Assembly: GCA_002728755.1 (NCBI GenBank)
Contig: PBVT01000085.1
Coordinates: 114,226-178,225 of the forward strand
From: Myxococcales bacterium
GTDB lineage: Bacteria; Myxococcota_A; UBA9042; UBA3505
Reading direction: 5' to 3'
Length of the DNA stretch: 64,000 nt
A program made the position numbers and the translations under genes. Under the pieces are notes generated by a model. It did not search any database, had not been told where the DNA came from, and saw nothing but the letters and a program-made list of their open reading frames with translations. Shown in pieces: positions 49,079 through 60,494 of the stretch (its first letter is position 1; each line of letters begins with the position of its first letter).

Positions 49079-50164
49079 TCAGCCTTCTTCTTCTGTTTCC
49101 GTGAGTCGACGGTTGCGCTCTTCCTGCTTCAAGCCGTCAAATACCTCGCTAAGGTCCCCCTCGATAATCGAATCAAGACTGCGTAGCGTGAGTCCAATTC
49201 GATGGTCAGTGACACGGTTTTGAGGGAAATTGTAGGTGCGAATACGCTCGGATCGGTCGCCCGTTCCTACCTGCGTTTTTCTTTCGGCAGCCCGCGCCTC
49301 AGCGACCTCTTCCTGGGCGTGCACCAATAGACGCGCACGAAGAATCTGCATTGCTCGGGCGCGGTTCTGGATCTGGCTTCGCTCGTCCTGACAGGAGACC
49401 ACGATATTACTGGGCAGGTGTGTGATTCGAACGGCGGAATCGGTTGTATTGACGTGCTGTCCACCGGCCCCGGAGGAACGATAGACATCGATTCGTAGGT
49501 CCTTGTCGTGAACCTCAACGTCGACCTCTTCCGCCTCAGGTAGGACGGCCACGGTCACGGTGGATGTATGAATACGTCCCTGTCGTTCCGTAACAGGGAT
49601 ACGTTGCACGCGATGAACGCCCGATTCGTATTTGAGATTACTGTAGACCTGGCTACCTTTGATCTCTGCGATCACCTCTTTGAACCCCCCAAGCTCCGAC
49701 GGGCTGGAGGAGAGGATCTGCGTCTTCCAGTTCTGGCCCTCTGCAAAGCGGAGGTACATTCGTAGCAAGTCGCCAGCGAATAACGAGGCTTCGTTTCCAC
49801 CCGCACCCGCACGGATCTCCAAGATGATGTTCTTGTCGTCCAAGGGATCCCGCGGGAGCAATAGTTCCTCGAATTCTTCTTTGAGCGATTCCCGTTGTTG
49901 CTCCAGTTCTTCCAACTCTTCCTGGATCAATTCGCGCATCTCTTCTGACTCAGCGTCCTGAATCAGGCCGCGTGTGTCTTCAATTTCCTGGAGGGTCTTG
50001 GTGAGGCTACGCGCCAGGGTCAGCTTTGCTTGCAAGTCTCGATGTTCGCGGCCGATCTCTGCCATGCGCTTGGGGTCGCCCAATACGCTGGGGTTGGCCA
50101 GCATTTCATTCACTTCAGCAGAGCGATGCTCCAACTCCGCGAGACGTTGCGAGAGTTCTGTCAT
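49079..50164 (-). CDS. prfA: Peptide chain release factor 1
   Basis: GGQ motif, RF1-specific PxT (RIPVTE), [16 protein letters not shown]. Confidence 0.98.
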   Translation of the reverse strand: MTELSQRLAELEHRSAEVNEMLANPSVLGDPKRMAEIGREHRDLQAKLTLARSLTKTLQEIEDTRGLIQDAESEEMRELIQEELEELEQQRESLKEEFEELLLPRDPLDDKNIILEIRAGAGGNEASLFAGDLLRMYLRFAEGQNWKTQILSSSPSELGGFKEVIAEIKGSQVYSNLKYESGVHRVQRIPVTERQGRIHTSTVTVAVLPEAEEVDVEVHDKDLRIDVYRSSGAGGQHVNTTDSAVRITHLPSNIVVSCQDERSQIQNRARAMQILRARLLVHAQEEVAEARAAERKTQVGTGDRSERIRTYNFPQNRVTDHRIGLTLRSLDSIIEGDLSEVFDGLKQEERNRRLTETEEEG

Positions 50165-50253
50165 TTCGTTGCCACCTCGTATCGGCGCATTCTACGCCGT
50201 CAAGCGGCAGTGGTTCAACCGGGTTGCTGGAAAGAAACGCGTTGGAGCGTAAC

Positions 50254-50511
50254 TTATGCCTGCTTGTCGAACTTGGCGTACTTTTTCTTGAACCGCTCGA
50301 TACGGCCTTCGGTATCAACGAGACGCGCTCCACCACCCGTAAATATGGGATGACTGAACGACGTGATATCGCATTTGATCACGAAGTGAGGCACACCGTC
50401 GATGTCGCGAGTCTCCTCGCTCTTGAGCGTAGATCGGGTAACGATCTCGTCTTGCGTGGATACGTCGACAAAGACAACATGGTTATATTCGGGGTGTATT
50501 CCGTCCTTCAT
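50254..50511 (-). CDS. rpmE: 50S ribosomal protein L31, type B (Zn-free)
   Basis: MKDGIHPEY..., SHPIFTG, GRIERF; 85 aa with no Cys Zn ribbon. Confidence 0.96.
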   Translation of the reverse strand: MKDGIHPEYNHVVFVDVSTQDEIVTRSTLKSEETRDIDGVPHFVIKCDITSFSHPIFTGGGARLVDTEGRIERFKKKYAKFDKQA

Positions 50512-50662
50512 GAGGCGCTCCTACAGTACTCAACAGGCGCGGTGATCTACCTGATGAACGCACGCTTGGCAAGCCTTTACGTCAATTTCCCCCGAAATAT
50601 GGGAGTGTAGGGAAGCTTCAACGACGAATAGGCAACCCATTCCTTGCCCCGAATTTCTGAAG

Positions 50663-52228
50663 TTAACTGCCCTGTCCCGACCGCGTTCGGCTGTTCTTTC
50701 CTCGTTTTCGTCGGGTCGATTGCACGGGGGCATTCGCTTCCATTTCTTCGTCGGTTCGAACGGAATCTGCGATCAAAGACAAACCGGTGGGAGGAGAGAT
50801 TCGACGCTCCAATGCAAGAAGCGGGGGGCTGATTCGTTCGTAGATTCGGAGCATACCGGCGGAAAGATGATCGCGCTTAAGCAACCTGGCGTTCACCCAC
50901 CAGCCGGGGACACCGAGGGTGTTGAAGTAGAATGTCCTGCGTGTGTCGAACCCTTCTTCGACGAGAAGCGCTTCCAATTCTGTTTTTGTGTACCGACGGA
51001 AATGACCAATCTTTTTGTCGAAGGGGCCGTACAGCCACATCCCCTGGGGAACCAGTAGAATGAGCCGTCCTCCCGGTTTCAGATGCTTCCGCATATTCTG
51101 GAGGGCAGCTCTATGGTCCTCTACGTGCTCCAACACGTTGACACATACGATGGTGTCGAAGGTCTGCTCGCCCGGGTACGGATCTTCCAGGTTCCAGGTA
51201 TGAACGTCTAGATTTCCCCGATCTCCGAATCGCGCCTTCAGGCGTTCAAGGGCGGCTTCGTTTATATCTGTAGCTACCACATCTCCATGTCGGAGGAGAA
51301 AGGCGGTCATATTGCCAGTGCCTGATCCGACTTCCAGTATCGATTCGCCCAGCATGGGCTTAAACACCTGGTACATATGATTCGTCAGACTGGTGACTCC
51401 GGCGAGATCTTCCAACGCTTCATGTTGCTCGTTGCCTTCTTTTAAGGCTCGGCCTGGGAGCAAGCCGTATCGGAGAATCTGCCCAACAGCGATGATGCCA
51501 TGCCACCACCGAACCTTTTTTCCATCTACGTAGGAGCGCCCGGAATAGGAGATGGGGACTTCGTACATTCGTAGATTCAGTCGTGCCAGTTTCGCGGTCA
51601 CTTCCACTTCGAAGCCAAACCCGTCGGCCTGCAGGTTGAGTGCGGTGATGATCTCTGACCGGAAGGCTTTATAGCCAGTCTCTACATCGGTCAGGTTCAC
51701 ATTGGTGATCAGATTGGACAAGGTCGATAACAGGCGGTTTCCCACGGAATGCCAGTAGTAGAGAACTCGCCGCGTAGAACCCTGAAAACGGCTCCCATAG
51801 ACCACATCGGCTTGCCCTTGTGTGATGGGTGAGAGAAGCCCCATATAGTCGTTTGGATCGTATTCAAGATCGGCATCCTGAATCAATGTGACGGCACCCG
51901 TTACATGTTCGAGTGCGGTTCGAATCGCGGCGGATTTACCCAGATTCCGGGGATGCTGAAGGACGCGAACCGATACCGTTTTCAAAAGTGATGGCGCAGG
52001 GAACTGCCCCATATGCTCGAATTCTGGCCGTAATGCACTGCTAAGATCGGCAGCGATGCTCTCGAGCAATGAACCCGTTCCATCATCGGACCCGTCGTCT
52101 ACCACAATGATCTCCCGGTCCTGCATGGGGATCGGGGCAAGCACTACACGAGCGAGCAGGGTTCGGATCGTTCCTCGTTCATTGAAGACGGGGACGATGA
52201 TTGAGAGCCGGTTGGAATCGAACGTCAT
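50663..52228 (-). CDS. GT2 (DPM1-like) glycosyltransferase fused to class I SAM methyltransferase
   Basis: VPVFNE, VDDGSDDGT, QDADLEYDP, DVETGYK; C-terminal LEVGSGTG, NVLEH, GHFRRY. Confidence 0.93.
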   Translation of the reverse strand: MTFDSNRLSIIVPVFNERGTIRTLLARVVLAPIPMQDREIIVVDDGSDDGTGSLLESIAADLSSALRPEFEHMGQFPAPSLLKTVSVRVLQHPRNLGKSAAIRTALEHVTGAVTLIQDADLEYDPNDYMGLLSPITQGQADVVYGSRFQGSTRRVLYYWHSVGNRLLSTLSNLITNVNLTDVETGYKAFRSEIITALNLQADGFGFEVEVTAKLARLNLRMYEVPISYSGRSYVDGKKVRWWHGIIAVGQILRYGLLPGRALKEGNEQHEALEDLAGVTSLTNHMYQVFKPMLGESILEVGSGTGNMTAFLLRHGDVVATDINEAALERLKARFGDRGNLDVHTWNLEDPYPGEQTFDTIVCVNVLEHVEDHRAALQNMRKHLKPGGRLILLVPQGMWLYGPFDKKIGHFRRYTKTELEALLVEEGFDTRRTFYFNTLGVPGWWVNARLLKRDHLSAGMLRIYERISPPLLALERRISPPTGLSLIADSVRTDEEMEANAPVQSTRRKRGKNSRTRSGQGS

Positions 52229-52336
52229 ACTTTGGGTCCGTTGTGTATCTTTGTTCGGATCAACAGTAGAAAGCTATAGCTGTTTCCTGGGGGTGGTGCC
52301 AAAGGGAAAGTCATTCGGGGCAGGCGATACAAAGGG

Positions 52337-53818
52337 TTATCGGCAGCTGGTGAGTTCAACCATTATAACCTGGTTATGTGCGTTCGGTTGCTCCTTGGCA
52401 ATTTCTTGGAGCACACAACGCTTATCGAGTAAGTCGATCAGCTCCAGATTCCGTTCTGAGATCTGCCGCCAGAATGCAGACTCTGTTCGCTGTAATACGA
52501 CGAGAACGATGCGAGGGCAGGTTCTTGGAAGTTCGTTTACAATAGCCTGTAAGGCCTGGTCCCTTCCGTTCTCTGTCCGAGGGTCCAGAGACACCGAACG
52601 GCCAAGATCATCCACATATTGAGGGATAACCCCTTTGGTGCCGACGACACAGCTGTCGGCTGGAACCGCCTGCTCGATCAGATGACGAATCTTCAGGCGC
52701 TTGTCTGCCCAGGATGCGTGCACTGGATGTACTGCGAATACGACAGTGAGTATACCGGCGACAAGAATTCCGGGGAGGACACGCCCGGATTGAACCATGC
52801 TCCATAGACGAGGGAACGTCCTTGGAACGGTCTCTGCCATGGCTAAAGCGAAAAGAGGTAAAAGGATTATCAGAAAGCGGGGCGTCACGATCAGTCGGGT
52901 AACGCCGGAGCTTTCGGTGCCGGCATATTCATAGAATGTGAAGAACAGCAGGACTCCGAATACGGTGGCGAGCACTTCAGGTCGTCGGGGACCTCGGTAG
53001 CGCAATGCGAACCAGAGGCCGCCGGGAACCATGACGAGTAGCGCGAGTAGATACATCATCAAGTTGTCAGCTATGGAGCCTACTCCGAAGCCGTAGATGA
53101 ACCCGGTCTCACGCATATTGATGGGATCACCAAAGACGAGATCCACGGCCCACATTCGTATGCCGGTCCCAATCAGACCCCCAAGGATGAGCCAGATCAC
53201 CGTTCGATCGCGTCGAACCAGACTCCCGAGGAAGAGTGGAATGAAGACGAGCGCGTTGGTTTCTCGCAACAACAGAGAGAGCCCGGCCAGGAATCCAGCG
53301 AGCAGGCTCCTTGTCCGACAGTTTCCTGCACCGGAGAAAAAGGCCCATAGACCCACGGCAGCGAATGCCATGGACGGCACATCACTCATGGCTGCTCGAC
53401 CGAGGACGAGACTGGGTGGGTAACATAGGAGTACCAGCGACCAAAGAGGGGCATAGCCGAGATGACGCAATAGAAGGCTCGTAAAGCCCACCGCCAGCCA
53501 AAGGCATAGAAGAGGTAGAAGAAAGGCCGCATGAGGACCGCCGGCCTGTACGAATGGTGCCATGAGCGCGGCCGTACCCGGCGGCTTATCCGCCGGCCGG
53601 GCTTTATAGGTGCTCCCTTCGGGGCTTAAGGTCTGTACGTGAGTGTTCCCTTCAGCAAAAGATGCTGCCTGGCGGAGATATTTGGCTTCATCCCGTATTC
53701 CTGGACCGGCCGGAAACCATACAAAAAATGCGCATGTGTAGGTCAGAAGGGCCACGATCACGAGGCCGAACTTTGAGAAAGAATACCAGGGCCCGGAATC
53801 TTGGTGTGAAAAACTCAA
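52337..53818 (-). CDS. GT-C fold membrane glycosyltransferase (PMT/ArnT-like)
   Basis: TM1 followed by DE (RDEAKY), KPPG, MSD, multiple TMs, PRF. TTG start overlaps the ruvB stop. Confidence 0.75.
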   Translation of the reverse strand: MSFSHQDSGPWYSFSKFGLVIVALLTYTCAFFVWFPAGPGIRDEAKYLRQAASFAEGNTHVQTLSPEGSTYKARPADKPPGTAALMAPFVQAGGPHAAFLLPLLCLWLAVGFTSLLLRHLGYAPLWSLVLLCYPPSLVLGRAAMSDVPSMAFAAVGLWAFFSGAGNCRTRSLLAGFLAGLSLLLRETNALVFIPLFLGSLVRRDRTVIWLILGGLIGTGIRMWAVDLVFGDPINMRETGFIYGFGVGSIADNLMMYLLALLVMVPGGLWFALRYRGPRRPEVLATVFGVLLFFTFYEYAGTESSGVTRLIVTPRFLIILLPLFALAMAETVPRTFPRLWSMVQSGRVLPGILVAGILTVVFAVHPVHASWADKRLKIRHLIEQAVPADSCVVGTKGVIPQYVDDLGRSVSLDPRTENGRDQALQAIVNELPRTCPRIVLVVLQRTESAFWRQISERNLELIDLLDKRCVLQEIAKEQPNAHNQVIMVELTSCR

Positions 53819-54909
53819 TCCTCGAAGAGCGGATTCTGTTTTTGGATATATTGGCTGGGCGGAGAAACACCCAGGTGCTCGAAGGCGGCAGGGGTTGCCA
53901 TTCGACCGCGTGCCGTTCGTTGAATGAAGCCCTGCTGGAGCAGATAGGGTTCGTGTACGTCTTCTAGCGTATTCGATTCTTCGCTCAAGGAGGCTGCCAG
54001 GGTATCGACTCCCACTGGCCCTCCATTAAACTTATGGCAAAGGGCTTCCATATATCGTCGGTCCATTGTGTCGAGACCAGCCTTGTCGACATCCATCCGA
54101 TCGAGCGCATCTTCGGCTAATTTCAGGGTGATCTCAGCGGTTCCGGATACCTGTGCGAAATCTCGAACCCGTCGAAGAAGCCTGTTTACGATACGAGGGG
54201 TTCCTCGACCGCGCTGTGCAAGGGCCATGGCACCATCGGGAGTGATCGCAATACCCAGGATTCCAGCGGATCGAGTCAAGATATGAACCAGCTCTTCCAC
54301 GCTATAATAATCCAGATGAAAGACCATTCCGAAGCGATCTCGTAATGGGGATGTTAACAGCCCTGCCCGGGTTGTTGCTCCGACGAGTGTGAATGGATTG
54401 AGCCCCAGTGTGACGGTTCGTGCGTGGGGACCGTCTCCGAGCACAATGTCGTAGCGATAGTCTTCCATCGCGGGATATAGATTTTCTTCTATTACCGATT
54501 GAAGGCGATGGATCTCGTCTATGAAGAGGATATCGCCTTCTGCCAGACCTGTAAGGATGCCAGCAAGATCACCCTTACGCTCCATGGCCGGCCCGCTGGT
54601 GGCGTGGATTCCTGACGACATTTCGGTGGCCAGGATTCGTGCCAGAGTCGTCTTTCCAAGGCCGGGCGGTCCTGTAAGCAGTATGTGGTCGAGGGACTCG
54701 TTTCGTTGCCGAGCCGCTTCTACATACACCTTCAGATTATCTGTCACGCGACTTTGGCCGACATATTCATCGAACTGTCGAGGGCGAACCCCGACTTCGA
54801 TGGCGTCATCTTCAAACATTCCCTCAGGATCGAGAGCTGGATTTCGAATGTCGTCGACCATGCACTGAATCTCGCACTCCCGGTGCGGACGGTCAACTGT
54901 TCCAATCAT
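53815..54909 (-). CDS. ruvB: Holliday junction branch migration helicase RuvB
   Basis: Motifs [40 protein letters not shown]. The true start may be ATG 54861. Confidence 0.98.
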   Translation of the reverse strand: MIGTVDRPHRECEIQCMVDDIRNPALDPEGMFEDDAIEVGVRPRQFDEYVGQSRVTDNLKVYVEAARQRNESLDHILLTGPPGLGKTTLARILATEMSSGIHATSGPAMERKGDLAGILTGLAEGDILFIDEIHRLQSVIEENLYPAMEDYRYDIVLGDGPHARTVTLGLNPFTLVGATTRAGLLTSPLRDRFGMVFHLDYYSVEELVHILTRSAGILGIAITPDGAMALAQRGRGTPRIVNRLLRRVRDFAQVSGTAEITLKLAEDALDRMDVDKAGLDTMDRRYMEALCHKFNGGPVGVDTLAASLSEESNTLEDVHEPYLLQQGFIQRTARGRMATPAAFEHLGVSPPSQYIQKQNPLFED

Positions 54910-54943
54910 TCTCGAGGGCTATTTGACCTCTACGCCGGATTGG

Positions 54944-55387
54944 TCAGGGCCCGAGGTCGTCGGGTCCGAACCGATCGGGAAGAAGCTCTGTCAGGAAAAC
55001 TACTCGGTAATCTCCTTTGGAGTTTTTGAGAATAATCGGTAGTTCGTCTGCGAACTCCGCGAGTAGTTGTCGGCACGCACCGCATGGGGCGACCAATCGG
55101 TCCGAACCGGTCACAATCACGATCGCCCGAAACTGCCGGTGCCCTGCTGTTATGGCTTTTCCTATTGCGGTTCGTTCCGCGCACGACCCCAGGGGAAAGC
55201 TGGCATTCTCAACATTTATACCCGTGTTGATATGGTCCGGATCACAGAGGATCGCGGCGGCTACAGGAAATTGCGAATACGGCGCATAGGCGTTTGGAAA
55301 GACCGCGTTTGCAGCTCGCACCAGGGCTTCAACATCGTCCGAACTGAGTCCCGGTACGGTCGGTGTTTTCGTGATGTCATCAGACAT
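54944..55387 (-). CDS. cdd: Cytidine deaminase (homotetrameric type)
   Basis: Motifs AYAPYS, NVENAS, CAERTA, PCGACRQ. Confidence 0.97.
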   Translation of the reverse strand: MSDDITKTPTVPGLSSDDVEALVRAANAVFPNAYAPYSQFPVAAAILCDPDHINTGINVENASFPLGSCAERTAIGKAITAGHRQFRAIVIVTGSDRLVAPCGACRQLLAEFADELPIILKNSKGDYRVVFLTELLPDRFGPDDLGP

Positions 55388-56231
55388 GTGGAATTACCTC
55401 GACAAGGAGAGTCGCCAGATTTCGCGCCGCAGGTCCTGCTACCGCCTGGACTTCTTCATGGGTTAGCGGTGTCGCGGACAGTCCGGCTGCCAGGTTCGAG
55501 ATGCAGGTCAATCCGAGAATTCGCATGCCGCTTTGTCTGGCGACGATCGCTTCTGGGGCCGTCGACATTCCAACCGCGTCTACTCCGAGGGTCTGTGCCA
55601 TTCGTACTTCGGCCGGCGTCTCATAAGACGGTCCCAGGTTCCAGGCGTAGACTCCCTCATGCAGAGTCATATTCATTCGCTCTGCCGCGCTGTGGGCTAC
55701 GTTCCGTAATTCCGGAGTGTAGGCGTTGGTCATATCGGGAAAGCGTGGACCAAATCGTTCGTCGTGGCTTCCGATCAATGGGTTTCGGCCCGATAGGTTG
55801 ACGTGATCTGCCATGACCATCAGTTCGCCGGGGTTGAAGTCGGGATTACAGGAGCCTGCGCTATTTGTGAGTACAGCGATCTGTCCCTTGAGATGGTGTA
55901 CGGCCCGGATGATGAGCGTGGATTGCCAGGGCGGGATCCCCTCGTACGTGTGTACACGGCCTTGTAACATCAAGACGGAACGACCGCCGATGAAGCCATG
56001 GTGGAGAACTCCGTTATGACCCTCGACAGTGCTTTTGGGGAGGTGGGGGATCTCCGATGTAGCCACCGACCGTCGGTTCTCAAGGGCGTCTACAGCTCCG
56101 CCGAGACCCGACCCCAGGACACAGATAATTTCGACGGAATCGATATTCAGCTTTGCCTTGATTCCATCCGCTACCTCACAGACCCGGTCGTAAAGATCAA
56201 CAGGGGCCGAGTTGTGGTCTGATTCACTCAT
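55380..56231 (-). CDS. punA: Purine nucleoside phosphorylase (trimeric, PNP I)
   Basis: Motifs LGSGLG, GRVHTYEG, GPSYETPAE, VGMST.PE, SNLA. Confidence 0.95.
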   Translation of the reverse strand: MSESDHNSAPVDLYDRVCEVADGIKAKLNIDSVEIICVLGSGLGGAVDALENRRSVATSEIPHLPKSTVEGHNGVLHHGFIGGRSVLMLQGRVHTYEGIPPWQSTLIIRAVHHLKGQIAVLTNSAGSCNPDFNPGELMVMADHVNLSGRNPLIGSHDERFGPRFPDMTNAYTPELRNVAHSAAERMNMTLHEGVYAWNLGPSYETPAEVRMAQTLGVDAVGMSTAPEAIVARQSGMRILGLTCISNLAAGLSATPLTHEEVQAVAGPAARNLATLLVEVIPHV

Positions 56232-56250
56232 ATTTCATTCCAGGCGAGGG

Positions 56251-57549
56251 TTAACGGATCGTTTTGAGGATTCGCGACGGCACAGCGCTCTTCTCGGATG
56301 CGATGGTGATCGTATCAAGGAGTCGTTGGCGAATGGAATCATCGATTGCATCTCGATGGTGGACACGAAAGAGGGGTTGGCCTTTTACCAGGGGCTCTCC
56401 TCTTGCAGATAGAACCTCGACCCCAACGGCGGGATCGACGGTGTCCGTTTTTTGTTTGCGGCCTGCTCCCAGATCCAGCGCGACCCAGGCAAGGTTTAAG
56501 GAGTCAATCGAGTGAAGATAGCCATCTTCTGTACACTCGATAACCGTAGACAGAGGGCTCGCAGGGAGAAGTTCATTGGGGGAATCGACCACGCGCGGAT
56601 CTCCGCCAACCGCCTCCACCATTTGTCGGAACCGTTCCAGGGCCGAACCATCTGTAAGGGTCTTGCGGATGGTGGCGGTTCCACTCTCAAAATCGGGGGC
56701 CTCACCGGTTAACGTCAGCAGCTCACCACCAAGGGCGGCGACCAATTCAATCAGATCTTCGTTTCCAGTCCCTTGCAGGCATTCAATGGTTTCATGGATC
56801 TCAAGGCTGTTCCCAATGGTGCGCCCGATCGGGTGGTCCATTTCGGTCAGAATGGCTGCCGTATGCATTCCGAGGCCTTTACCGACGGCGACCAGGCTCT
56901 CGGCTAACCCCTGGCCAGACTCCTGGTCTGCCATGAAGGCACCACGTCCCACCTTTACGTCGAGAATGAGCGCCGAAAGTCCGGCAGCCGCCTTTTTCGA
57001 CAGGATGGAGCCGGTGATGAGAGGTATAGAGTCTACGGTCTCAGTGACGTCTCGTATGGAGTAGAGACGTCGATCTGCTGGAGCGATCCGGTCCGTCTGA
57101 CCGCAGATGACGCATCCGACCTTCTGTACAACGGCGTGGATCTCTTCGGCCGGGAGTCGAACCTGGTAGCCTGGGATGGATTCGAGTTTATCCAGGGTCC
57201 CGCCGGTATGACCCAGCCCACGTCCTGACACCATGGGAACCAGCAGACCACATGCAGCCAGGGCTGGCGCGAGGGGAAGACTGATTTTATCTCCCACCCC
57301 TCCCGTGGAGTGTTTATCTACTACGCGAGCATGGTCTGCGCCCCAGTCGAGTTGATCTCCGGAATTGAGCATGGCGCGCGTCAATTCGACTGTCTCTTCT
57401 GGGATCAGCCCGTTAAGGAATATGGCCATCAGCATGGCTCCGACCTGCTCGTCACTGATCGTCTGGTCGGTAACGCCCGCAACGAACTGATGGAGCTCAT
57501 CGGCGCTCAGACGTTGTCCATTTCGTTTCTTTCGGAGTATTTCACGCAT
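56251..57549 (-). CDS. deoA: Thymidine/pyrimidine-nucleoside phosphorylase
   Basis: Motifs DKHSTGGVGDK, SGRGLGHTGGTLDKLESIPG, APAD...RDV, SILSKK. Confidence 0.97.
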   Translation of the reverse strand: MREILRKKRNGQRLSADELHQFVAGVTDQTISDEQVGAMLMAIFLNGLIPEETVELTRAMLNSGDQLDWGADHARVVDKHSTGGVGDKISLPLAPALAACGLLVPMVSGRGLGHTGGTLDKLESIPGYQVRLPAEEIHAVVQKVGCVICGQTDRIAPADRRLYSIRDVTETVDSIPLITGSILSKKAAAGLSALILDVKVGRGAFMADQESGQGLAESLVAVGKGLGMHTAAILTEMDHPIGRTIGNSLEIHETIECLQGTGNEDLIELVAALGGELLTLTGEAPDFESGTATIRKTLTDGSALERFRQMVEAVGGDPRVVDSPNELLPASPLSTVIECTEDGYLHSIDSLNLAWVALDLGAGRKQKTDTVDPAVGVEVLSARGEPLVKGQPLFRVHHRDAIDDSIRQRLLDTITIASEKSAVPSRILKTIR

Positions 57550-57600
57550 GAATAGTCGCTCGACCCGTTTTTGACGACCTGCTGCCGTAACCGCAAGTGG

Positions 57601-58776
57601 TCAGAGGACTTGCCGCAGGTCATTCAGGAAGGAAGTGCCAGTGGGGACACTGACTCCAAAATTGGCAGCTACGGTCTGTCCTAGATCGGCAAAGGTCTCA
57701 CGGGTTCCCAGGTCCACTCCACCTTTGAAAGCACGGCTTCCACATAAAATCGGGACGTATTCCCTGGTATGGTCGGTATGGGCCATATGGGTGGGATCAC
57801 AACCGTGGTCTGCGCTCAAAAGAAGCAGCCCGTTATCGCCGAGGGCATCGACCAGCTCTGGGATCGCTGCATCCAATTCTAGCAGAGCTGTCGCGTAGCC
57901 AGTGGGATTACGGCGGTGGCCGTACACCATGTCGAAGTCCACCAGATTGCAGAACACAACCCCATGGTCGAGAGATTTAGTCTCGGCAATGGTTTTGGCA
58001 ATGCCGTCAGTATTTCCTTCTGTATGTACGTTCTGTTCGACACCTTGATGGGCAAAGATGTCTGCTATTTTTCCGATACCGATCAGGGGGATACCAGCCT
58101 TGGTGAGCTCGTCACATAGGGTGGGTTGATGGGGCAGCATCGAATAATCGTGGCGATTATACGTTCGCTGAAAACTACCGGCCTCACCGATAAACGGGCG
58201 GGCGATAATGCGTGCGATTTGGTGTTTGTCACAGATGTCTCGGGCAATTTTACACGCCGCGTAGAGCTCTTCTAGAGGGATGACGTCTTCATGGGCAGCG
58301 ATTTGAAAAACAGAATCCGCGCTTGTGTAGACGATCCACTTTCCGGTGCGTATATGTTCCGGGCCGAGCTCCTCAATAATGACCGTTCCGGAAGCTGCAT
58401 GATTTCCGAGGATCCCGCGTCCAGTAGCCTGTACGAAGGGCTCGATGATCTCTGCCGGAAAGCCTTCAGAGAAGACAGTGAATGCAGTGAACGTCGGGAC
58501 ACCGGCCATCTCCCAATGACCCGTTATGGTGTCTTTGCCCGCCGACGCTTCATTCATTTTTCCGTGGGCTCCCCGCACCTCGGTCGCCGGGTCTGTTCCT
58601 TTGATGGGCGTCAGATGCCCCAACCCGAGGCGAGCCAGGTTCGGAAGATGAATACCTCCGACTGCATCCGCCACATGAGCGATCGTGTTGCTACCTTCGT
58701 CTCCGAAGGACGGGGCGTCCGGCATAGCGCCCACGCCCACGGAATCCATAACTAATATACAGACTTTATCGAACAA
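57601..58776 (-). CDS. deoB: Phosphopentomutase
   Basis: Motifs DSVGVG, GKDT..GHWE, YTSADSVFQIAAHE, YGHRR, ADHG.DP, DHTREYVP. Probable TTG start at 58776 after GGGGAG. Confidence 0.97.
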   Translation of the reverse strand: MFDKVCILVMDSVGVGAMPDAPSFGDEGSNTIAHVADAVGGIHLPNLARLGLGHLTPIKGTDPATEVRGAHGKMNEASAGKDTITGHWEMAGVPTFTAFTVFSEGFPAEIIEPFVQATGRGILGNHAASGTVIIEELGPEHIRTGKWIVYTSADSVFQIAAHEDVIPLEELYAACKIARDICDKHQIARIIARPFIGEAGSFQRTYNRHDYSMLPHQPTLCDELTKAGIPLIGIGKIADIFAHQGVEQNVHTEGNTDGIAKTIAETKSLDHGVVFCNLVDFDMVYGHRRNPTGYATALLELDAAIPELVDALGDNGLLLLSADHGCDPTHMAHTDHTREYVPILCGSRAFKGGVDLGTRETFADLGQTVAANFGVSVPTGTSFLNDLRQVL

Positions 58777-58879
58777 TGTTCCGACTCCCCGATTGCATGA
58801 ATTATAGCCCATCATGCAATCCCGAACGTACCAATCCTACCCAATAGTGTAAACCGATGCGGTTATAACCTGTAGTCAA

Positions 58880-60427
58880 TTAAAAGGATCCCAACACCCA
58901 GAGCAGCCCAATTATGGCCAAAATCATGACCAGAATGCTCAAGATAGCCATCTTTGTAGACCCCGGGCGCCCTAAAGGATCATTGGCTTCAGCTCTATCC
59001 ACGATGTCCGCCAAGAGTGTCGGATCCGCCTCTCCCAATTCCCGCATGGTCTTAAGGCGCGTTTCCCGCTGAAGATGAAGCGCTACCAGGACAATCGCCA
59101 GCCAGGTCACAAGAATCCCAGCCATCATCATAAGGAGATTTCGACGACGGTTGGCGAGGTTCGTGGAGCGCAGCTGATATTCGGTGTCGTATGTGGACGT
59201 ATCCGCAATAGGGTCCGGCTCCACTGGACTTACAATTCTTCGGAACAAGGTTAACGCCCGGGCCCGCTCCACCATGGTCTCACTCTCTGCCCAGGCTCCC
59301 ATGGTAAGGGCAAGCTCCTCGGGAAGATTTGAGCGGGAGACGTCTTTGATGAGTCGCACTGTCGTCTCTGGTAAGGGACCATCGGGAGATGCCGTCAACC
59401 AGCTGGTTACAGAGCTGGAATCGGGCCCAGTAGCGGTCTCCGAGCAGCTGATCGCCGTGGGGCTATTTGGTGCGAACGAAAGACTGGTGCGTACTTCTAC
59501 CGGGCTACCATCGGCCGGAAGCTCTATATGGCGAACCCCGATTGCGGCCTGACCGATGAAGAGGGTGCAATATAATGTCTTCGCTGTGCTTATTGGCGAA
59601 CCGGGGAGTGGATATCGGTGTACAAGCAGTTCCAGATCTCGGCCATCCAGATGACCATTGATTTGGAATGCGTTGGCATCCTGTCGTGTAAAATTAAATG
59701 TGTGGGCGTATTTTTCCCCCTCGGATTCGATCAATATTTCGGTGGATCCGGATAGAACTTCACTCTTGATCGGTGCGCGATAGAGTCCCAGCGGAGTGGG
59801 TTTCAACTCCTGTAGATTTGAATCCCGATCACGAATGAAGACGGCATCCACCGGTATGGTTTCTACATCGATACCATCTCGATGAATCCAGATGATGAGG
59901 TGCGGGTCGGGTGCTCTTGGGTTGTAGGTGCCATGTTCCGGTATGGCGACCACTCGGAAGGGAAAGAACTCATTCTTGGAAGACTTATGTATATCGCCGG
60001 AGGCCACATTCCAGTGCTTATGTTCGCTCGTGATCGGATACGCGGGCTGTGAGTTCAGAGAAACAAAATGTCGCCCCCAACCTTTCGCTTCGATACAAAT
60101 CGAATTGGGTAGGGATCCTTTTGGTGCGGTTAATTCAAGAACCGTGCTCTCAGCAGGAATATGTGGGTTCTGCGCTGTAGTCGTTGGTTCACAGCCGGAC
60201 AACTGTATGGATTCCCCCGTCTTCGTTTGCCAGCCAAGAATACGGACAGGGTGGGTCTGGTCCGTGATCCGGTGGGGCCATTGCAGAATATGGACTTTGT
60301 ACGGTGGAGGGCTCAGAGATAGGCCCAGGATGTTTGCGCCGATGAAAAAGGCGATGAGACCCGTGCATACAAGAAAAATCTTGAAGAACGATATGGAGGC
60401 GAAGCGCCTTTGTCGTGGTTCGACCAT
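58880..60427 (-). CDS. Hypothetical membrane protein (N-terminal TM, large extracytoplasmic domain, two C-terminal TMs)
   Basis: 515-aa ORF with three clear hydrophobic segments and no recognisable motif. Confidence 0.7.
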   Translation of the reverse strand: MVEPRQRRFASISFFKIFLVCTGLIAFFIGANILGLSLSPPPYKVHILQWPHRITDQTHPVRILGWQTKTGESIQLSGCEPTTTAQNPHIPAESTVLELTAPKGSLPNSICIEAKGWGRHFVSLNSQPAYPITSEHKHWNVASGDIHKSSKNEFFPFRVVAIPEHGTYNPRAPDPHLIIWIHRDGIDVETIPVDAVFIRDRDSNLQELKPTPLGLYRAPIKSEVLSGSTEILIESEGEKYAHTFNFTRQDANAFQINGHLDGRDLELLVHRYPLPGSPISTAKTLYCTLFIGQAAIGVRHIELPADGSPVEVRTSLSFAPNSPTAISCSETATGPDSSSVTSWLTASPDGPLPETTVRLIKDVSRSNLPEELALTMGAWAESETMVERARALTLFRRIVSPVEPDPIADTSTYDTEYQLRSTNLANRRRNLLMMMAGILVTWLAIVLVALHLQRETRLKTMRELGEADPTLLADIVDRAEANDPLGRPGSTKMAILSILVMILAIIGLLWVLGSF

Positions 60428-60494
60428 ACCCTCAATTTGTCAGGCTATGGGCGACTCACGCAAGTCGCGGGTTCGGCTTCGTTCTCGGCGGGTT

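Noticed and set aside
12941-49079. Convergent gene ends abutting within 2-10 bp (12941/12944, 25125/25131, 27720/27730, 49076/49079)
   Set aside because: Consistent with a compact genome and Rho-dependent termination; not evidence of a specific system.
58815-58833. sigma54-like sequence upstream of deoB (TGGTACG...TTGCA)
   Set aside because: GG-to-GC spacing is 13 nt rather than the required 10.
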